From an uncultured Chloroflexia bacterium (GTDB taxonomy: Bacteria; Chloroflexota; Limnocylindria; QHBO01), in contig CAWFCQ010000006.1 in the NCBI GenBank assembly GCA_963814375.1, positions 160,001 to 224,000 on the forward strand: a stretch of 64,000 nucleotides of DNA. The letters run 5' to 3'. Made by a program: the position numbers and the translations under genes. Positions 59,955 to 64,000 of this stretch are shown piece by piece (positions within the stretch are counted from its first letter, which is position 1; the number at the start of each line of letters is the position of its first letter). Under the pieces are notes generated by a model, which searched no databases, was not told the origin of the DNA, and saw only the letters and a list, made by a program, of their open reading frames with translations.

Positions 59955-62090
59955 ATGGCCCTGAGGGTCTGGCGCGGCAGCCCGTACCCGCTCGGCGCGA
60001 CCTGGGACGGCTCCGGCGTCAACTTCGCAATCTTCTCGGAGCACGCCGAGGCGGTCGAGCTCTGCCTGTTCGACGCCGACGGCGCCCAGACCCAGCGGAT
60101 CCGCATCGCCGACCAGACCGATCTCGTCTGGCACTGCTATCTGCCCGATGCCCAGCCCGGACAGCGCTACGGATACCGGGTCTCCGGCCCGTATGCGCCG
60201 AGCGACGGGCATCGGTTCAACCCCGCCAAGCTCTTGATCGACCCGTATGCGAAGCGCATCGACGGGCCGGTGGTGTGGGACGACGCGCTTTTCGGCTACC
60301 GCATCGGCTCCGATGGCAACGAGCCCGACCCGCGCGACTCGTCCGGGTTCGTGCCCAAGAGCGTCGTGATCGACTCGGCCTTCGTGTGGGGTGGCGACGC
60401 GCCGATGCGCACACCGCTCGAGCACACGCTCATCTACGAGCTCCATGTGAAGGGCTTCACCCAGCGTCACCCGCAGGTGCCCGAGGAGCTGCGCGGCACG
60501 TACGCCGGGCTCGCCTCGGTGCCCGCGATCGACTACCTGACCAAGCTCGGCATCACCGCGGTCGAGCTGCTGCCGGTGCACCAGCATGTCGACGAGCGCC
60601 ATCTCGTCGAGCGCGACCTCGTCAACTACTGGGGCTACAACACCATCGGCTTCCTGGCGCCGGACGTCCGCTACAGCGCGACCGGGGAGCCGGTCGGCGA
60701 GTTCAAGACGATGGTCAAGCGGCTCCACGATGCGGGCATCGAGGTCATCCTCGACGTCGTCTACAACCACACCGGCGAGAGCAACCACCAGGGCCCGACC
60801 CTCAGCTTCCGCGGCATCGACAACGCCGCCTACTACCGGCTCAACCCCGGTGACCAGTCCCGCTACGTCGACTACACCGGCACCGGCAACACGCTCGACG
60901 CGACGAGCCCGCGCGTCCTCCAGCTGATCATGGACTCGCTGCGCTACTGGATCACCGAGATGCACGTCGACGGCTTCCGCTTCGACCTCGCCTCGGCACT
61001 GGCGCGCGAGATGTACGACGTCGACAAGCTCGGCAGCTTCTTCGACATCATCCACCAGGATCCGACGATCAACCAGGTGAAGCTCATCGCGGAGCCGTGG
61101 GACGTCGGGCCCGGCGGCTACCAGGTCGGCAACTTCCCGGTCGGCTGGGCGGAATGGAACGGCCGGTACCGCGACACGGTGCGGCGATTCTGGAAGGGCG
61201 TGGGCGAGCAGACCGCCGAGCTGGCGTATCGGCTCACCGGGTCGTCCGACCTCTACGCCGGCTCGGGGCGGCGGCCGCACGCCTCGATCAACTTCGTCAC
61301 CTCGCACGACGGCTTCACGCTCCACGACCTGGTCAGCCACGAGTCGAAGCACAACGAGGCGAACGGCGAGGAGAACCGCGACGGCGACAACGACAACAAC
61401 AGCCGCAACTTCGGGGTCGAGGGCGAGACCGAAGACGCGGCCATTCGCGAGGCTCGGGAGCGGCAGAAGCGGAACCTGCTCGCCACGCTGCTGCTGAGCC
61501 AGGGCGTGCCGATGCTGCTCGGCGGCGACGAGATCGGCCGCACCCAGGGTGGGAACAACAACGGCTACGCGCAGGACAACGAGGTCAGCTGGTACGACTG
61601 GTCGCTCGATCGCGCCGATCGCCAGCTGCTCGGCTTCACCCGGTCGCTGATTCGCCTCTTCAGGACGCACCCGGTGCTGCGCCGCCGCCGTTTCTTCCAG
61701 GGCCGCCAGATCCGCGGATCGCGGGTGAAGGACCTCACCTGGTTCGCTCTCGACGGCACCGAGATGACCGACGAGCAGTGGAGCGCGCCGGGTGTGAGCA
61801 CGCTCGCGGTCCAGTACGCGGGAGACGCCATGGACGATCGCGGCCCCCGCGGCGAGAAGATCACCGACGACACGCTGCTGGTGATCCTCAATGCCGATGA
61901 GCGACCGGTTGACTTCACCCTGCCCAACCACGATGCCGCGCGACGCTGGGAGGTCGTCTTCGACACCATCCACCCCACCTTCACGGCGGCGCACGCCGAG
62001 CACGACGGCGGCGAGACGTACCCGGTCGCCGAGCGCTCCGTGGTCTGCCTGCGGCGGCTGCCGCGAGCGCGCCGCGTGTCGGAGGGCTGA
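59955..62090 (+). CDS. glgX: Glycogen debranching enzyme
   Basis: [48 protein letters not shown]. Confidence 0.97.
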   Translation: MALRVWRGSPYPLGATWDGSGVNFAIFSEHAEAVELCLFDADGAQTQRIRIADQTDLVWHCYLPDAQPGQRYGYRVSGPYAPSDGHRFNPAKLLIDPYAKRIDGPVVWDDALFGYRIGSDGNEPDPRDSSGFVPKSVVIDSAFVWGGDAPMRTPLEHTLIYELHVKGFTQRHPQVPEELRGTYAGLASVPAIDYLTKLGITAVELLPVHQHVDERHLVERDLVNYWGYNTIGFLAPDVRYSATGEPVGEFKTMVKRLHDAGIEVILDVVYNHTGESNHQGPTLSFRGIDNAAYYRLNPGDQSRYVDYTGTGNTLDATSPRVLQLIMDSLRYWITEMHVDGFRFDLASALAREMYDVDKLGSFFDIIHQDPTINQVKLIAEPWDVGPGGYQVGNFPVGWAEWNGRYRDTVRRFWKGVGEQTAELAYRLTGSSDLYAGSGRRPHASINFVTSHDGFTLHDLVSHESKHNEANGEENRDGDNDNNSRNFGVEGETEDAAIREARERQKRNLLATLLLSQGVPMLLGGDEIGRTQGGNNNGYAQDNEVSWYDWSLDRADRQLLGFTRSLIRLFRTHPVLRRRRFFQGRQIRGSRVKDLTWFALDGTEMTDEQWSAPGVSTLAVQYAGDAMDDRGPRGEKITDDTLLVILNADERPVDFTLPNHDAARRWEVVFDTIHPTFTAAHAEHDGGETYPVAERSVVCLRRLPRARRVSEG

Positions 62091-62107
62091 GCGCGACGGC
62101 CGCACGA

Positions 62108-63940
62108 ATGCCTCCTGACTCGGGGTCGATCGTCGAGAGCTCGTACGTCGACGCGCAGCGAAGACGGCGCTCCATCCCCGCCGAGGTCCGCACCGCCGTG
62201 CTGGCGGCGATGGGCCTGGAGCCCGATGCGGTCATCGATGACACACCGCACGTCGTCATCGGCCGCCCGGGCGGCGAGCTCCCGTTGCCGGGCGAGCTGA
62301 CCCTCGAGGACGGAACCGAGCTCGGCAGGCTGCGCACGGTTCCGCCGGATGTTCCATTCGGCTACCACTCGCTGCTCCACGACGACGGACAGCGACAGCT
62401 CGTCATCGTCGGTCCGGGGCGCTGCCATCTGCCCTCGGGCCTGCGCGAATGGGGGTGGACCGTCCAGCTGGCGACGACGCGCTCGCGTCGCTCGTGGGGC
62501 ATCGGCGATCTCGGCGATCTGCGCGAGCTTGCCGAGTGGACAGCCGCGGTCGGCGGAGGCTTCCTGGTGGTGAGCCCGCTCGGGGCCCCGAATCCGGGCC
62601 CTGACCCGGAGCCGAGCCCGTACTTCCCCAGCAGCCGGCGGTTCGGCAGCCCGCTCGCCATCCGCGCCGACGAGGTCCCCGGCGCCGGCGATCTCGACGA
62701 CCTGGCGGCTGCGGGCGGTGCCCTGAACGGAGCGCCGGTGGTCGACCGTCGCCGCGCCCTTGGCCTGAAGATGGCCGCCCTCGAGCGAGCCTGGCGAGAC
62801 GGCCGATACGATCGCGACGCCTTCGCGACCTGGCGAGCGGCGGCGGGACCCTCGCTCGAGCGGTGGGCCACCTTCTGCGTCCTCACCGAGCGCCTCGGGC
62901 CGGGCTGGCGTCGATGGCCGTCGGCGCTGCGCGACCCCGCCGCAGCCGACGTGGCAGAGGCCGCACGCGCCGAGGCCGATCGGGTCGCATTCCACGCCTG
63001 GGTGCAGTGGTGCTTCGACCTCCAGCTCGAGGCAGCGTCGCGCCCGCTGCGGCGGATCGCCGACCTGCCGGTGGGCGTCGACCCGGGCGGCTTCGACGCG
63101 TGGGAGTGGCAGGGCCAGCTGGCGCTCGGCGCATCGGTCGGCGCGCCACCGGATCGGTTCAACCGCGCGGGCCAGGACTGGTCACTGCCGCCCTTCGTGC
63201 CGCATCGGCTGCGCGAGGCGCACTACCGCCCCTTCATCGAGACCATCCGCGCGTCGCTGCGTCACGCCGGAGGCCTGCGCATGGATCACGTGCTCGGCCT
63301 CTTTCGGCTGTGGTGGATCCCGGCAGGGCACGGACCGGAGCTTGGTGCCTACGTGCGCTACCCGACCGATGAGCTGCTCGAGATCGTGGCGCTCGAGTCG
63401 CACCGTGCCGGCGCGATCGTGATCGGCGAGGATCTCGGCACGGTGCCGCCCGGGGTCCGGCGAGAGCTGCACCGGCGACGGATGCTCTCGACCCGGCTCG
63501 CGCTGTTCGAGCGCCAACGCCCGGCCCGTTATCCGCGCCAGGCGCTTGCCGGTGTCACCACCCACGACCTGCCGACGGTGGCCGGCACCTGGAGCGGGGC
63601 GGACCTCGACGACCAGGCGGCCGCCGGCATCAGCCCCGATGCGGATGGGCTGGCAGCGCTGCGCGCACGGCTGCTCGCCGCGATGGGCGCCGGCGAGGGG
63701 GCCGGTCTCGAGGACGTCGTGCTCGGGCTTCATCGGGCCCTGGCTGCCTCACCGTCGGCGCTGGTCGCTGCGACCCTGGAGGATGCGCTGAGGGCGGAAC
63801 GTCGGCCGAACATCCCGGGCACCGTCTCCGCCCAGAGGCCGAACTGGTCGATCCCGCTCCCCATTCCGGTGGAGGATCTCGGCGGGGACGTTCGCGTCCG
63901 GTCGCTGGTGCGGGCGCTGCGAAGAAAGGAACGGATGTGA
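62108..63940 (+). CDS. malQ: 4-alpha-glucanotransferase
   Basis: WGIGDLGDL, SPYFPSSRRF, DLPVG, GAPPD, GQDW, RMDHVLGL, IGEDLG, TTHDLPT, NIPGT, PNW. Confidence 0.95.
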   Translation: MPPDSGSIVESSYVDAQRRRRSIPAEVRTAVLAAMGLEPDAVIDDTPHVVIGRPGGELPLPGELTLEDGTELGRLRTVPPDVPFGYHSLLHDDGQRQLVIVGPGRCHLPSGLREWGWTVQLATTRSRRSWGIGDLGDLRELAEWTAAVGGGFLVVSPLGAPNPGPDPEPSPYFPSSRRFGSPLAIRADEVPGAGDLDDLAAAGGALNGAPVVDRRRALGLKMAALERAWRDGRYDRDAFATWRAAAGPSLERWATFCVLTERLGPGWRRWPSALRDPAAADVAEAARAEADRVAFHAWVQWCFDLQLEAASRPLRRIADLPVGVDPGGFDAWEWQGQLALGASVGAPPDRFNRAGQDWSLPPFVPHRLREAHYRPFIETIRASLRHAGGLRMDHVLGLFRLWWIPAGHGPELGAYVRYPTDELLEIVALESHRAGAIVIGEDLGTVPPGVRRELHRRRMLSTRLALFERQRPARYPRQALAGVTTHDLPTVAGTWSGADLDDQAAAGISPDADGLAALRARLLAAMGAGEGAGLEDVVLGLHRALAASPSALVAATLEDALRAERRPNIPGTVSAQRPNWSIPLPIPVEDLGGDVRVRSLVRALRRKERM

Positions 63941-64000
63941 TGGGCGGCGCCACTTCACCGGACCATGGGCCGGAGCACGATCTCGAGCTCGAGCTGGTGC
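63940..64000 (+). CDS. Probable start of the next gene (partial, unidentified)
   Basis: TGATG stop/start overlap with malQ; MGGATSPDHGPEHDLELELV stays open to the window edge. Confidence 0.4.
   Translation, partial: MGGATSPDHGPEHDLELELV

Noticed and set aside
59451-62105. Very long antisense/alternative-frame ORFs (884 aa here; also 43811-46387, 29865-32060, 3250-5193, 35340-37253)
   Set aside because: Shadow ORFs of real high-GC genes, with no recognisable motifs.

Overview
High-GC (about 70%) bacterial chromosomal window, most consistent with Chloroflexota (Limnocylindria-like). This rests on a GAAC-N4-GTTC SOS box, PurQ FPGTWS motif, UPF0182 and F420-family enzymes, and is an inference. 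Contents in order: lexA-dinB; DUF1232-rplI-SnoaL-dnaB; a zinc-ribbon gene with a structured leader; purA; an F420 LLM enzyme; a B12-dependent CarH/LitR-like photoreceptor locus (operators, DUF4397 surface protein, photolyase remnant, DUF427, SRPBCC-epimerase fusion); guaB3 with a candidate switch-like leader RNA; an AlkZ-like glycosylase; a small surface-polysaccharide locus; an AAA_14/DUF4143 ATPase behind a palindrome array; an HTH-ClpN pair; guaA; thrE; UPF0182; a purD-E-B-C-S-Q-L-F-M-N cluster interleaved with zinc-ribbon membrane proteins, MgtC and a GGDEF/HD-GYP protein; radC; and a glgE-treS-GNAT-mak-glgX-malQ alpha-glucan cluster. No tRNA, rRNA, CRISPR, transposase or phage genes were seen. 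About 16 single-base frameshifts, mostly +1, interrupt about 10 genes and are probably sequencing errors. The best novelty candidates are the CarH regulon, which lacks local carotenoid genes and controls a putative sortase-anchored DUF4397 protein, and the structured leaders of guaB3, the zinc-ribbon gene and purF. All family calls come from motif recognition, not database searches.
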